DNA of 64,000 nucleotides from contig PANK01000012.1 of the NCBI GenBank assembly GCA_002707605.1, forward strand, positions 6,731 through 70,730, given 5' to 3'. How positions within the stretch are numbered: the first letter of the stretch is position 1; each line of letters starts with the position of its first letter. A program made the translations under genes and the position numbers. This document shows positions 28,401 through 36,871 of this stretch, piece by piece. The stretch is from Hoeflea sp. Its GTDB lineage: Bacteria; Pseudomonadota; Alphaproteobacteria; Rhizobiales; Rhizobiaceae. Below the pieces are notes generated by a model, which searched no databases, was not told the origin of the DNA, and was given only the letters and a program-made list of their open reading frames with translations.

Positions 28401-28829
28401 GACCCAGTCGGCAACCTGCCCGCGGCCGAGCACCTGCTCATGGACGAACTGGCGCACCAACGCGATGTTCTGCTCCTTCGACAGCTCCACCGGGAGGGCA
28501 ATGATGAACTCCTTGGCGAATTGCGCGTCGGCGCGTTTTTCGATGGCCTCGACCTTGTTCCAGAACGCTTCGGCGGCGCCCGCGACCGACCGGTCGGCGA
28601 TCATCTCACGCGCCCATTTCGGCGCATCGACGGGAAGCAGGAATTCCTCGTGTGCGAGATTGCGCTTGCCCGAATAATCGATGGTCCTGGCCTCGGCCAC
28701 ATGCTCCATCTTCGCGCAGTGCCGGTAGGCGGCCGACAGCACGGCGCTACGCCCGTCAGCGCGACCGATGATCTGGGGCGTGAAGTGTGTGATGGCCACG
28801 GTGAGAGCGATCCGGCGGTTGAACGACAT
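25494..28829 (-). CDS. traA: TraA relaxase/helicase (MobA/MobL relaxase plus RecD-like helicase)
   Basis: I take the start MSFNRRIALTVAITHF at 28829 (the ORF is open to 28943). Relaxase motifs are SAVLSAAYRH and HDDPGNPHVHLM. The helicase Walker A is GRAGAGKTT. The product is about 1111 aa. Confidence 0.9.
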   Translation of the reverse strand: MSFNRRIALTVAITHFTPQIIGRADGRSAVLSAAYRHCAKMEHVAEARTIDYSGKRNLAHEEFLLPVDAPKWAREMIADRSVAGAAEAFWNKVEAIEKRADAQFAKEFIIALPVELSKEQNIALVRQFVHEQVLGRGQVADWVYHDDPGNPHVHLMTTLRPLTESGFGGKKVAVIGADGQVVRTKTGKIQYRLWAGEKTEFLEQRQRWLDLQNQHLALGGFEIRVDGRSYAERGIDLVPTTHIGPGAKAIERRAMREGRDTRLERLASHAAARAVNAERIQARPEIVLDLVSREKSVFDERDIAKVLHRYVDDPGAFQQLLARILQSPDCLRLESGTVDFATGARLPDRLTTRELIRLEAEMVSRASALVKAKGFEVREKIVADVFARHDRLSNEQRTAIGHVTSGARIATVVGRAGAGKTTMMRAVREAWEAAGYTVVGGALAGKAAEGLETEAGIPSRTLASWELRWNEGRNRLDDKTIFVMDEAGMVASKQMATFVEAVSKAGAKLVLVGDAEQLQPIEAGAAFRAIVERTGYAELETIYRQKDAWMRTASLDLARGNVTAALSAYRGCGRVIGEKLKAQAVESLIASWNREYDAEKTTIILAHLRRDVRELNRLAREKLVERGIVGVGHAFQTEEGTRHFDAGDQIVFLRNEGALGVKNGMIGRVVEACPGRIVAETGEGEDKRRVEVEERFYRNLDLGYATTIHKSQGATVDRVKVLASLSLDRHLTYVAMTRHREDLQLFYGERSFQIAGGLDTLLSRRNAKETTLDYAAGRFYRQALSFANSRGLHLMRVARTLARDRLEWTLRQKRRLADLGRKLRAVGARIGLVDTTLSAVQSKKEAEPMVKGVTTFAKSIADVAAERVHAEKEVARQWEEVSDRFRLVFADPEAAFRVMDFDAVLADPAVASERLGQLAREPASIGALRGHDRILASRAEREARHEAEANVPALGREIERYLRLREAATRRLEADETALRHRVSIDIPALSHSARAVLEKVRDAIDRNDLSAALGFALADRMAKAEIDGFNKAVSERFGERTLLSNGARDTEGAVFRKQALGMPAAEREKLATAWPMMRTVQQLAAHERTVKALKETEALRQSQRQSQVLK

Positions 28830-28969
28830 GCGTTCCGCAGGCAACGCCTCTTCCCGGACGGGTCCGGGCGCGGAACGTCGCGTCAGCGACGTATTACTGC
28901 GCCCTTGGAGGCATTCCTTCGGAACGCCGGGATGATCTCTCAAAGCGTCGGCTTCGCCGACCCGTCATT

Positions 28970-29003
28970 TCTGCCGGGTCGCGCTACGCGCGATCCCGGC
29001 AGA
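28970..29003. other. 34-bp nested palindrome in the traA-traC spacer; candidate oriT inverted repeat
   Basis: TCTGCCGGGTCGCGC-TAC-GCGCGATCCCGGCAGA, with one extra base in the right arm. It lies between the divergent relaxase and traCDG operons, where Ti-type oriT sits. Confidence 0.5.
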
Positions 29004-29050
29004 TCCTCGCCATCGCCACAAAGCGAATGGTCGAGAAGGAGACGACCGGA

Positions 29051-29314
29051 ATGAAGAAGCCGTCATCGAAGATCAGGGAAGAAATCGCCAGGCTGCAGGA
29101 ACAGCTCAAGCAGGCCGAAACGCGCGAGGCAGAGCGCATCGGACGGCTCGCGCTCAAGGCCGGTCTCGGCGATATCGAGATAGAGGAGCGCGCGCTCGTG
29201 ACCGCGTTCGAGGAACTCGTGGTGCGGTTTCGCAAGGGGAGCGGACGGGCGGCCAGGCCCGCGTCCGCGCAGGTCGCGCCTGGCGCGGCTCATGGGCCGT
29301 CTGGCGAGGCTTGA
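29051..29314 (+). CDS. traC: TraC (Ti-type relaxosome accessory protein)
   Basis: [39 protein letters not shown]. The start is taken at MKKPSS within ORF 29027..29314. Confidence 0.75.
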   Translation: MKKPSSKIREEIARLQEQLKQAETREAERIGRLALKAGLGDIEIEERALVTAFEELVVRFRKGSGRAARPASAQVAPGAAHGPSGEA

Positions 29315-29534
29315 GCGCATGCGGCAGGCAAGCCAGTCAGAGGCGCGCAAGAAGGACACGCGGGAGAAGATCCAGCTCGGCGGGCTGATCGCCAAGGCCG
29401 GGCTTCGTTACGAGAAGCGCGCTTTGCTGCTCGGCCTCCTGATCGACGGCGCCAGCCGGATAAGGACCGATGAAGCCGAGCGCGCTCGCCTGATGGCAAT
29501 CGGGTTGAAGGCGTTTTCCGATGACCCCGGCTAA
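29292..29534 (+). CDS. traD: TraD (Ti-type)
   Basis: [20 protein letters not shown] motif, 80 aa, overlapping both traC and traG. Confidence 0.75.
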   Translation: MGRLARLERMRQASQSEARKKDTREKIQLGGLIAKAGLRYEKRALLLGLLIDGASRIRTDEAERARLMAIGLKAFSDDPG

Positions 29535-31434
29535 GCTCGCCTTGCTCCTTGGCCCTGTCATCATCATGACGGGTGCATGTCTCGGCCTCACGGGTATCGA
29601 GCACTGGCTCGCAAGCTTCGCCCGCGCGCCGGACGCGCGCCTGATGCTTGGCCGGACCGGCATCGCGCTGCCCTACGTGGCAGCAGGCGGGACCGGTGTC
29701 GTCTTTCTCTTTGCGGCCAGGGGCGCGATCTCGATCCGGCTCGCGGGCTGGGGGGTCGTTGCCGGCACGCTGGTGGTGATCACAACCGCTGCGGCCCGCG
29801 AGATCGGCAGGCTCGCCGCATTCGCCGCAACGGTGCCTCCAGGCACATCGATCGTCGAATACACCGACCCCTCCACGCTCACGGGGGCGGTCGTTGCGGC
29901 GGTCGCCGGCGCGTTCGGTCTGCGCGTCGCCCTGCGCGGCAATGCCGCTTTTGCGTCGGCCGCGCCCCGCCGGGTCCGGGGCAAACGTGCCATCCATGGG
30001 GAGAGTGAGTGGATGACCATCTCTGCTGCCCGGCGCCTCTTTCCCGAGGCCGGCGGCATCGTCGTCGGCGAGGCCTGCCGCGTCGACAGGCACGCGGGCG
30101 GGGGGCACGGCTTCCGCGCCGACGATCGCGAGACATGGGGTGCTGGCGGAAAATCGCCGCTGCTGTGCTTCGACGGTGCGTTCGGCTCCTCCCACGGGCT
30201 GGTCTTCGCCGGGTCGGGCGGCTTCAAGACCACCTCGGTCACCGTCCCGACAGCGCTCAAATGGGGCGGCGGTCTGGTCGCTCTCGATCCATCAAACGAG
30301 GTCGCGCCGATGGTGATCGGGCACCGGCGCAGGGCCGGCCGGTCGGTCTTCGTACTCGACCCGAAGGAGCCGGGCACCGGCTTCAACGTGCTTGACTGGA
30401 TCGGGAGGTTCGGCGGGACAAAGGAGGAAGACGTGGTGGCGGTCGCCACCTGGGTTGTCACAGACACCGCTCGCCAGGCTTCGATCCGCGACGACTTTTT
30501 CCGTGCTTCCGCGCTTCAGCTCATCACCGTGCTGATCGCCGATGTGTGCCTGTCGGGGCATACGGAAAAGGAAAACCAGCATCTGCGGCAGATGCGTGCG
30601 AACCTTTCCGAGCCGGAGCCCAAACTGCGCGAACGTCTGCAGCTGATCTACGACAATTCCGAATCCGCGTTCGTCAAGGAGAACGTGGCGCCCTTCATCG
30701 CCATGACGCCCGAGACCTTCTCCGGTGTCTACGCCAATGCGGTCAAGGAGACGCATTGGCTTTCCTATCCGAACTATGCCGCGCTGGTCTCCGGCAACAG
30801 CTTCTCGACCGACGATCTGGCCGACGGCGACACCGACGTGTTCGTCAATCTCGATCTCAAGACGCTCGAAGCGCATCCCGGCCTGGCGCGCACCGTCATC
30901 GGCGCCCTGGCCAACGCGATCTATAACCGCAACGGCAAGGTGAAGGGCCGCACGCTGTTCCTGCTCGACGAGGTCGCACGGCTTGGATATCTCCGCATCC
31001 TGGAAACCGCTCGGGACGCCGGCCGCAAATACGGCATCAGCCTGCTGCTCCTGTTCCAGTCCATTGGCCAGATGCGTGAGACCTATGGTGGGAGGGACGC
31101 ATCGAGCAAATGGTTCGAGTCCGCTTCGTGGATTTCCTTCGCAGCGATCAACGATCCGGAAACCGCCGATTACATCTCGCGACGCTGTGGCAACACGACG
31201 GTCGAGGTGGAGCAGCTCAGCCGGACCTCGCGCATGTCGGGATCGTCGCGGACGCGCTCGCGACAGCTCTCCGCACGGCCGCTGATCCTGCCCGAGGAGG
31301 TCCTGCATATGCGCGCCGACGAACAGATCGTGTTCACCTCAGGCAACCCGCCGCTGCGATGCGGCCGCGCCATCTGGTTCCGGCGAGACGATATGATCTC
31401 GGTAGTCCGAGAGAACCGATTTCAGCGGACCTAG
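29521..31434 (+). CDS. traG: TraG coupling protein (VirD4 family)
   Basis: N-terminal TM helices, Walker [12 protein letters not shown], and [10 protein letters not shown]. Confidence 0.9.
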   Translation: MTPAKLALLLGPVIIMTGACLGLTGIEHWLASFARAPDARLMLGRTGIALPYVAAGGTGVVFLFAARGAISIRLAGWGVVAGTLVVITTAAAREIGRLAAFAATVPPGTSIVEYTDPSTLTGAVVAAVAGAFGLRVALRGNAAFASAAPRRVRGKRAIHGESEWMTISAARRLFPEAGGIVVGEACRVDRHAGGGHGFRADDRETWGAGGKSPLLCFDGAFGSSHGLVFAGSGGFKTTSVTVPTALKWGGGLVALDPSNEVAPMVIGHRRRAGRSVFVLDPKEPGTGFNVLDWIGRFGGTKEEDVVAVATWVVTDTARQASIRDDFFRASALQLITVLIADVCLSGHTEKENQHLRQMRANLSEPEPKLRERLQLIYDNSESAFVKENVAPFIAMTPETFSGVYANAVKETHWLSYPNYAALVSGNSFSTDDLADGDTDVFVNLDLKTLEAHPGLARTVIGALANAIYNRNGKVKGRTLFLLDEVARLGYLRILETARDAGRKYGISLLLLFQSIGQMRETYGGRDASSKWFESASWISFAAINDPETADYISRRCGNTTVEVEQLSRTSRMSGSSRTRSRQLSARPLILPEEVLHMRADEQIVFTSGNPPLRCGRAIWFRRDDMISVVRENRFQRT

Positions 31435-31544
31435 CCAGGGCGGTTCTCGAAGAGCGTCCGGCATCAACGACATGAATCGATGAGCCTTGATCGATTCAGA
31501 AAATGCGTTGGACGACGCTTCCGACTGGAGCGAGACTTCCGGAC

Positions 31545-31811
31545 ATGAAGGAACTCCATCCGGTTCATCTTCGCCGCATCGACCCCTCGCAGAACATGCG
31601 GCGGTTCTACAGCCTTTCCGTTCAGCCCACATTGTTTGGAGGAGCGTCCCTCGTGCGCGATTGGGGCCGGATCGGAACGCGCGGACAGTCGATGATCGAA
31701 ACCTTCGACACGCCCGCCGAGGCCGGGGATGCGATGACGCGGCTCGAACGCCGGAAGCGGCGCCGGGGCTATGTCGACCCGTATGCCTCGCGGAGCGGCA
31801 GTCGGGAGTGA
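31545..31811 (+). CDS. WGR-domain protein
   Basis: RRIDPSQNMRRFYSLSVQPTLFGGASLVRDWGRIGTRGQ is a WGR-type sequence. The start is taken at MKELHP. Confidence 0.6.
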   Translation: MKELHPVHLRRIDPSQNMRRFYSLSVQPTLFGGASLVRDWGRIGTRGQSMIETFDTPAEAGDAMTRLERRKRRRGYVDPYASRSGSRE

Positions 31812-31863
31812 AGTGGACGACTGGCCTCGAATCTGGCCGCCGTCGGTTCGTCGACACAGAAAT

Positions 31864-31886
31864 GGCCCCGCCTTTTCGGCGGGGCC
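31864..31886 (-). terminator. Hairpin between the convergent WGR and DUF736 genes
   Basis: GGCCCCGCC-TTTTC-GGCGGGGCC, a perfect 9-bp stem. On the minus strand it is followed by ATTTCTGTGT. Confidence 0.5.
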
Positions 31887-31899
31887 GTTGGGGACCTGG

Positions 31900-32217
31900 T
31901 CAGTCCCTGTTGCCGTTGGGGCGGGACCAGATGAGCTGCACGCCTTCCTGGCCTTCCACCTCGATCAGGGTGGCGTAGATCGGAGCCGGGAAGCTCGGGT
32001 CGTCCAGCTTGACCGAAAGGTAGTCGCGCTCGGTCTGCTTGGCCTGTTTCTGCCACGCCGCACCCAGCTCAACTGCACCCGAGAAGATGCGGAAATGCGG
32101 TCCGTTCTCGGAAGGGTTTTCGACGCGCTCGAAGCGGGCCTTGACGTTGAGCGTGAGGGTCTTGATCGCTCCGGTGAAGCCGTTGCGGGTGGTGGTGAAG
32201 GTGCCGATGTTTGCCAT
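31900..32217 (-). CDS. DUF736-family protein
   Basis: [27 protein letters not shown]...[22 protein letters not shown] matches the DUF736 pattern I remember. Confidence 0.8.
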   Translation of the reverse strand: MANIGTFTTTRNGFTGAIKTLTLNVKARFERVENPSENGPHFRIFSGAVELGAAWQKQAKQTERDYLSVKLDDPSFPAPIYATLIEVEGQEGVQLIWSRPNGNRD

Positions 32218-32809
32218 TGTCGTGTTCCTTTCGAAGTTCCGAGCCGCGCCCATCGCGGTCTCGATGGCTGTCGAAAAGATCGGGAACGACCGGCACGCAC
32301 CTGCAAGGCCGAAATGAAATGGAGGACGGCCTGGAGGAACTTTCTTGTTTCGCGCGAGGAATGCGAACGCAGGTTCGCAGGGGAAGAAAGTTCCGGACGG
32401 GCGTTGCGAAATGCCGGGCGAGGCGGAGCCGATTCCCGGTCAGACATGCCCCATCGAGACGGCGCCGGGCGAGATCCAAGACATCGACGTGAAGGGAACA
32501 CGACCATGGCACCCGGGCCCGGAGCCATTGCGCTTCCGCGAGATCGTCGGTGGGATCAATCGCGCGCTCTGCGCCGGCGACGTTCACGGCAGGCCGCCAC
32601 CCCTGCAAACGGGATCTATTCGCTCGTTCTCGCGCGCATGACGAGCGGTGCCGTGAGCAGTCGGCGTAGCACATAACCATCGCCCTGACCGTCCTCCGCT
32701 GGTCAGCCAGCTTCGGCAGAGTTACGCTTCTGGCATCCGCTGGAAGCCCGCAGCCCGATGCCCACGATATCCCGCGACCTGACGGCATTCGAAAAGATCG
32801 AAGGCTGCC

Positions 32810-33751
32810 CTAGACACCACACATGCCCTCGCACTCGTTCGGCCACAGGTCGAGTTGCCCGTGGTCGGACAGCGTCGACAGATCGGCTTCGTCAAGGGGA
32901 ACGGCGGACCGATGGAGAAAGACCTCTCCCCGAATTCCACGCAAGCCCGTCCGGATGGCTCGATCGACCTCGACCGCATCGGACCAGGCAGCGGCATCAT
33001 GGTCGCGCATGGTACGCCAGCGCGCGTTGTCATGGAACGGACAGCCGATGCAGGCCGATTTCGGCGGTTGAGGGTAATCGCGGCGGCGCAGCCAGGCGAG
33101 GCAGTCCCGCCGGCTCATGCGCATCTCGATCAACGGCCAGCGGTTGACCTGCCAGGTTTCGCGGCTCGGCTTCACGCGCATGATCTCATCGCACGAGATT
33201 CCGATCCATTGCTCGACAACGGCATGGCCGGGCGAGCGCTTCCGGGTCAGCCCCGCAAGCTCCCTGACCTTCCGGCGGATCGGCACGATCTTGAAATCCG
33301 TGGTGCATTGACGCCGGATCATGCCGATGGAAACGGTGTCGCGTGACGTGCGCCGTGTGGCGACCTGGACGAGTTCGCCGGCCGCGTCCTCGTCGAATAC
33401 GGGCACGGCGGATCCCACCGGAGTGACGGTTTTGGCGAACGCTGGAATCGACGCCCAGCGTTTACCCTTTGCGGCTCGCATGAGCTGATCACGTATGTTG
33501 CCCGCCGAAACGACATGGACGGGAAACGGCAGGACGTTGGGCGATCCCAGCCAGTTGAGATGGTCATAGACCGCCTTGGGCTCCCAGCCGGTATCGGCGA
33601 ATATCGCGCAATCGGGCATCGGGCCGATTTCGCGATGGGCGGCCATCAGCGCCAGGGTGGTCGATTGGACGCCGGCGCCGAGCGATAGCACGCGCAGTCG
33701 GATGGCGGAGGGCTCGATGCCCTCCGCAGCAGCATTCGAAAAGGAAAGCAT
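32810..33751 (-). CDS. PAPS-reductase-like / PP-loop family protein
   Basis: Start MLSFSN at 33751 overlaps the ardC stop (TGATG). It has a PP-loop-like LSLGAGVQSTT, the motif QCTTDFKI, and C-terminal Cys motifs CIGCPFH and ECEGMCG. Confidence 0.75.
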   Translation of the reverse strand: MLSFSNAAAEGIEPSAIRLRVLSLGAGVQSTTLALMAAHREIGPMPDCAIFADTGWEPKAVYDHLNWLGSPNVLPFPVHVVSAGNIRDQLMRAAKGKRWASIPAFAKTVTPVGSAVPVFDEDAAGELVQVATRRTSRDTVSIGMIRRQCTTDFKIVPIRRKVRELAGLTRKRSPGHAVVEQWIGISCDEIMRVKPSRETWQVNRWPLIEMRMSRRDCLAWLRRRDYPQPPKSACIGCPFHDNARWRTMRDHDAAAWSDAVEVDRAIRTGLRGIRGEVFLHRSAVPLDEADLSTLSDHGQLDLWPNECEGMCGV

Positions 33752-34683
33752 CAGGCCGCCTCCAACTGTCCCGTGCCGGTGGCGGAGGGCTGCAGACCGT
33801 GCAGATAGGTCACGGCCCGTTGCGCATGGGCGGCGGCCTGAAAGATTGCTCTTCGGTCGTCGGAAAGGACGCGCAACCAGTTCGCCACATAGGACGCATG
33901 GTCCGGCCGTGGCTCGAGTTCGGGAACGATGCCGAGGTCGGCGCAAAGCAGTGCCGAGCCAATCTCGGCGACGAGCTCTTCGCGCGCGCGCTCGGTCTTG
34001 TCCCTGGCGTAGCGGCTCAGATCGCGGCCAACCCGGTCGGGCCTCGAGGTCCAGTGGACTGTTTCGTGACTGAGCACCGCGACGTAGGATTCAGCATCCC
34101 GGAAGGCCTCGAAGGGCGGCATCTGGATGTGATCGCTTGCCAGCGCGTAGAAGGCCCGGGCGCCGCCATGCCGGATCACGGCCCCGGTATTGGCGAAGAA
34201 CCGGTCGGCATGTTCGATCCGCTCGACAGGATCGATGACCTTCTCGGGTCGGTGGTAATAGTGATCGGGAAGCCCGTCGATCTGATCGCAATTGAAGACG
34301 GTGTACGTTTTGAGGAACGGAATATCGCGCTCCAATTCCTCGCCCTGCGCGTCCGTCTCGGTTTTCGTGAACCGGCTCGCGTAGACGACCGTCGCGCCGG
34401 TTTCGCCCTTGCGGACTTGTGCGCCGATCTGTGCCGCCTGCCGATAGGTCATCCAGAGCGGTACCGTGAACCCGCGCGCCAGGCTCTCCGACCACAGCAA
34501 CAGGACGTTGATGCCGGTGTATGGTTCACCGGTGTGGCGCAGCGGGCGGATGATACGTCCGTCGGCATGGCCGGCGCTCCAGGGTTTCACCCATGGCCGC
34601 ACGCCCTTCTCCAAATCGGCAACGATCTTTTCCGTGATGCGCGTGTAGATATCGGACTTCGCGCCCTTTTCTTTCCTGCTCAT
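33751..34683 (-). CDS. ardC: ArdC-like antirestriction protein (ssDNA-binding N-domain plus zincin metalloprotease)
   Basis: IVADLEKGVRPWVKPW..GEPYTGINVLLLW in the N-domain and HETVHWT (HExxH) in the C-domain. The start is MSRKEK. Confidence 0.85.
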   Translation of the reverse strand: MSRKEKGAKSDIYTRITEKIVADLEKGVRPWVKPWSAGHADGRIIRPLRHTGEPYTGINVLLLWSESLARGFTVPLWMTYRQAAQIGAQVRKGETGATVVYASRFTKTETDAQGEELERDIPFLKTYTVFNCDQIDGLPDHYYHRPEKVIDPVERIEHADRFFANTGAVIRHGGARAFYALASDHIQMPPFEAFRDAESYVAVLSHETVHWTSRPDRVGRDLSRYARDKTERAREELVAEIGSALLCADLGIVPELEPRPDHASYVANWLRVLSDDRRAIFQAAAHAQRAVTYLHGLQPSATGTGQLEAA

Positions 34684-34869
34684 TTCAACCTCCGTATCTG
34701 GAGGCCGCGCCGATCGCGGCCCCGTCACGGGGCCGGTTCAGGCGGAGCTTCAGGGCGCGCCTGCACCCGCAGGGCCGGACCGAAGGGAAGGACGGCGCAA
34801 GCCGTTGCCGGCGCGGCCGGCTCTGCCCAGGCCACCGACCGGGACGGGCTGCGGGAGGACGAAACAAGC

Positions 34870-34892
34870 GCGGCGGCGCCAGGCGCCGCCGC
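34870..34892 (-). terminator. GC palindrome after the small ORF at 34918..35103
   Basis: GCGGCGGCGCC-A-GGCGCCGCCGC, 11-bp arms, followed on the minus strand by GCTTGTTTCGT. Confidence 0.35.
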
Positions 34893-34917
34893 TGCGGAAA
34901 GTAAACCGAGCGCCGGT

Positions 34918-35103
34918 TCAGTGAACCGCATGTCCACCGGTGTAGGGATCGTATTCGAAGAGGATGTCGACCTCGGCGTCATCGACTTCGTCGGCGGGCA
35001 GTACCCCGTATGCGTCGTCGGACTGGAAGAGAACCACCGGGGTCATCAGGGTGCGTGCGAGTCTCCAGGCGTGTTTCTGGGCGAGGGAAAGATCGTGCGA
35101 CAT
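34918..35103 (-). CDS. Small hypothetical protein (61 aa)
   Basis: A compact ORF with plausible amino-acid composition. It has the same orientation as its neighbours and its own downstream hairpin. Confidence 0.35.
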   Translation of the reverse strand: MSHDLSLAQKHAWRLARTLMTPVVLFQSDDAYGVLPADEVDDAEVDILFEYDPYTGGHAVH

Positions 35104-35546
35104 CCGAGGGCTCCATCGTTGGAGCGGGCCAATCCCGCTCTGATGGCTCCGTCAGTGTGCGGCAAGCGGACGCGGTCACCGTGCAGGCGACAGCCAAACG
35201 GCCGCAGCTTTGCTAGCGGACCCTTTATGGGTTGATCGTGGAAGTTCCGCGGCCGCACCAGGAATGCCATCCCGAAGAGCGGGATTGGAGCGCAACGCGG
35301 TGTATGCTTGGTGTTGTGCGATTTCCTGCAGGTGGCAGCCCAGTGTCTCAGCCGGCACCTTGCTCAGGGGATCGCGACACTGAGGCTTGCCAAATAGTGG
35401 GCCAGCCGATGATGCCGCAAGCATCGACATGATTTGGGCCGATGCGGACCTAAGGATTGCGGCAGAAACCATGCTCGCCGGGCGGTCGTCGCGGCGGGAC
35501 TGCTGAGGACGGGTCTGCGGCGCAGCTACAGACCGGGAATACTGCG

Positions 35547-36773
35547 ATGGAGATTGTTTCGCCGGAATGGTCACTTGCCAGCGCGGTTAATACTCTGCAC
35601 GATCCGAATATGAGCGAAGAACATCGGTTTTTCCAACTGAGGCAGGCGGCTAGGACCTATATATCTAAGGTCTTCACTTGGGGTGCCCATACGACAGAAC
35701 GCCTACGCAATGTGCGTATGGTCATGGAAGGTTCCGACATCCTCCACCTCGGGGAGATAGAGGGCGCGCTGTGCCTTCGTCTTTCAGGTGAAAAACGCAA
35801 GACACAGGTCACCGCGGTGGTCACCCAGGACGATAAGGCTGTGCGTCGCCTGACTTTGCAGAGCTTTCAATCCCGCAAGGGGGACTGGTACCAAGGATAC
35901 GAGGAGCATTGCTTCACGTTTCGAGGCGAGGAGTTCCAACGTCTGCTGACTTTTCTCGACCGCATAGAATTTGTCGATCTCTCGAACCAGGATCGGTTTG
36001 ATATTGAAGACATTTCGACCGGCGCCGGGCGCAAGCTCATTGTCGACGCTTCGAATCGTGGCATCGTTGAGCGGCTTCGGACAATGAGCAGTGATGACCG
36101 CGAGGCCTTCTTGAAGGCGTTGCACGGCTCACTCTCAACCGAAGAGGTCAACATTCTCCTGGGGCGGCGGCAGGCTCTGGAGACATTTGAGCAGGAGGTT
36201 CGGAACGGGAGCTGGTCTGAGCGGGAGTGGCAGGATTTTTTCGAACGCGAGCCGTGGGTCTTCGGTTATGGCCTCGACTACCGTGTCATGCGCACTTTCG
36301 ATCGTGAAATGACTGTGTCGGGCGGCGGCACCGATAATCGCGACAGGCCCGTGGTCGATTTCCTGATGAGCTTCACAGACTATACTGTGCTGGTGGAAAT
36401 CAAGCGACCTGATACGCCAATCTTCCGAACAGGCCGAAGCGCCGGGCGCGCGGGAACACGGGCATTTAGCACGGACTTTACCAACGCGGTGTCGCAGATC
36501 CTCGAGCAAAAGGCGGAGTGGCTGGCATTTGCAGGCAGCGGCGAGCACTTCTCTCGGGATGGAGCTCGCTTGGAAGCACGTACGCGCAACGCGAGGACCA
36601 TCCTTGTGATTGGTTCGCGCAGGGAGTTTGAAGCAGCGGGCGATCCCCGTACCTCACAGGTACTGCGAGACACATTCGAGTTGTTCCGCCGGGAGACTCG
36701 GTCGATTGACATTCTAACATTCGATGAGTTGCTCGAGCGGGCACGCTTCATCACGCGGGATCGGCGGCAGTAG
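35547..36773 (+). CDS. sduA: Shedu-like defence nuclease (DUF4263 / SduA C-terminal domain) with an unassigned N-terminal domain
   Basis: EREWQDFFEREPWVFGYGLDY, VDFLMSFTDYTVLVEIKRPDTPIF (PD-(D/E)xK-like), AVSQILEQK, and ILVIGSRRE..IDILTFDELLERA. The start is taken at MEIVSPEW. Confidence 0.75.
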   Translation: MEIVSPEWSLASAVNTLHDPNMSEEHRFFQLRQAARTYISKVFTWGAHTTERLRNVRMVMEGSDILHLGEIEGALCLRLSGEKRKTQVTAVVTQDDKAVRRLTLQSFQSRKGDWYQGYEEHCFTFRGEEFQRLLTFLDRIEFVDLSNQDRFDIEDISTGAGRKLIVDASNRGIVERLRTMSSDDREAFLKALHGSLSTEEVNILLGRRQALETFEQEVRNGSWSEREWQDFFEREPWVFGYGLDYRVMRTFDREMTVSGGGTDNRDRPVVDFLMSFTDYTVLVEIKRPDTPIFRTGRSAGRAGTRAFSTDFTNAVSQILEQKAEWLAFAGSGEHFSRDGARLEARTRNARTILVIGSRREFEAAGDPRTSQVLRDTFELFRRETRSIDILTFDELLERARFITRDRRQ

Positions 36774-36871
36774 CTTGCAACGGCCCGTGCGATGAAGCGT
36801 GCCAGCTGCGTGACCAATCCGAGCTCGCGAATTGAAAGAAATGAGCGGAGCCGGAGCTCCGCCCGAGCCGC

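Noticed and set aside
31473-31498. 9-bp inverted repeat TGAATCGAT-N8-ATCGATTCA between traG and the WGR gene
   Set aside because: It is real in the sequence, but it is short, isolated and without a T-run or a second copy. I cannot distinguish an operator from chance.
33799-35235. 478-aa plus-strand ORF
   Set aside because: It is antisense to ardC and the small downstream ORF. It crosses a hairpin-rich spacer and its composition is junk-like.
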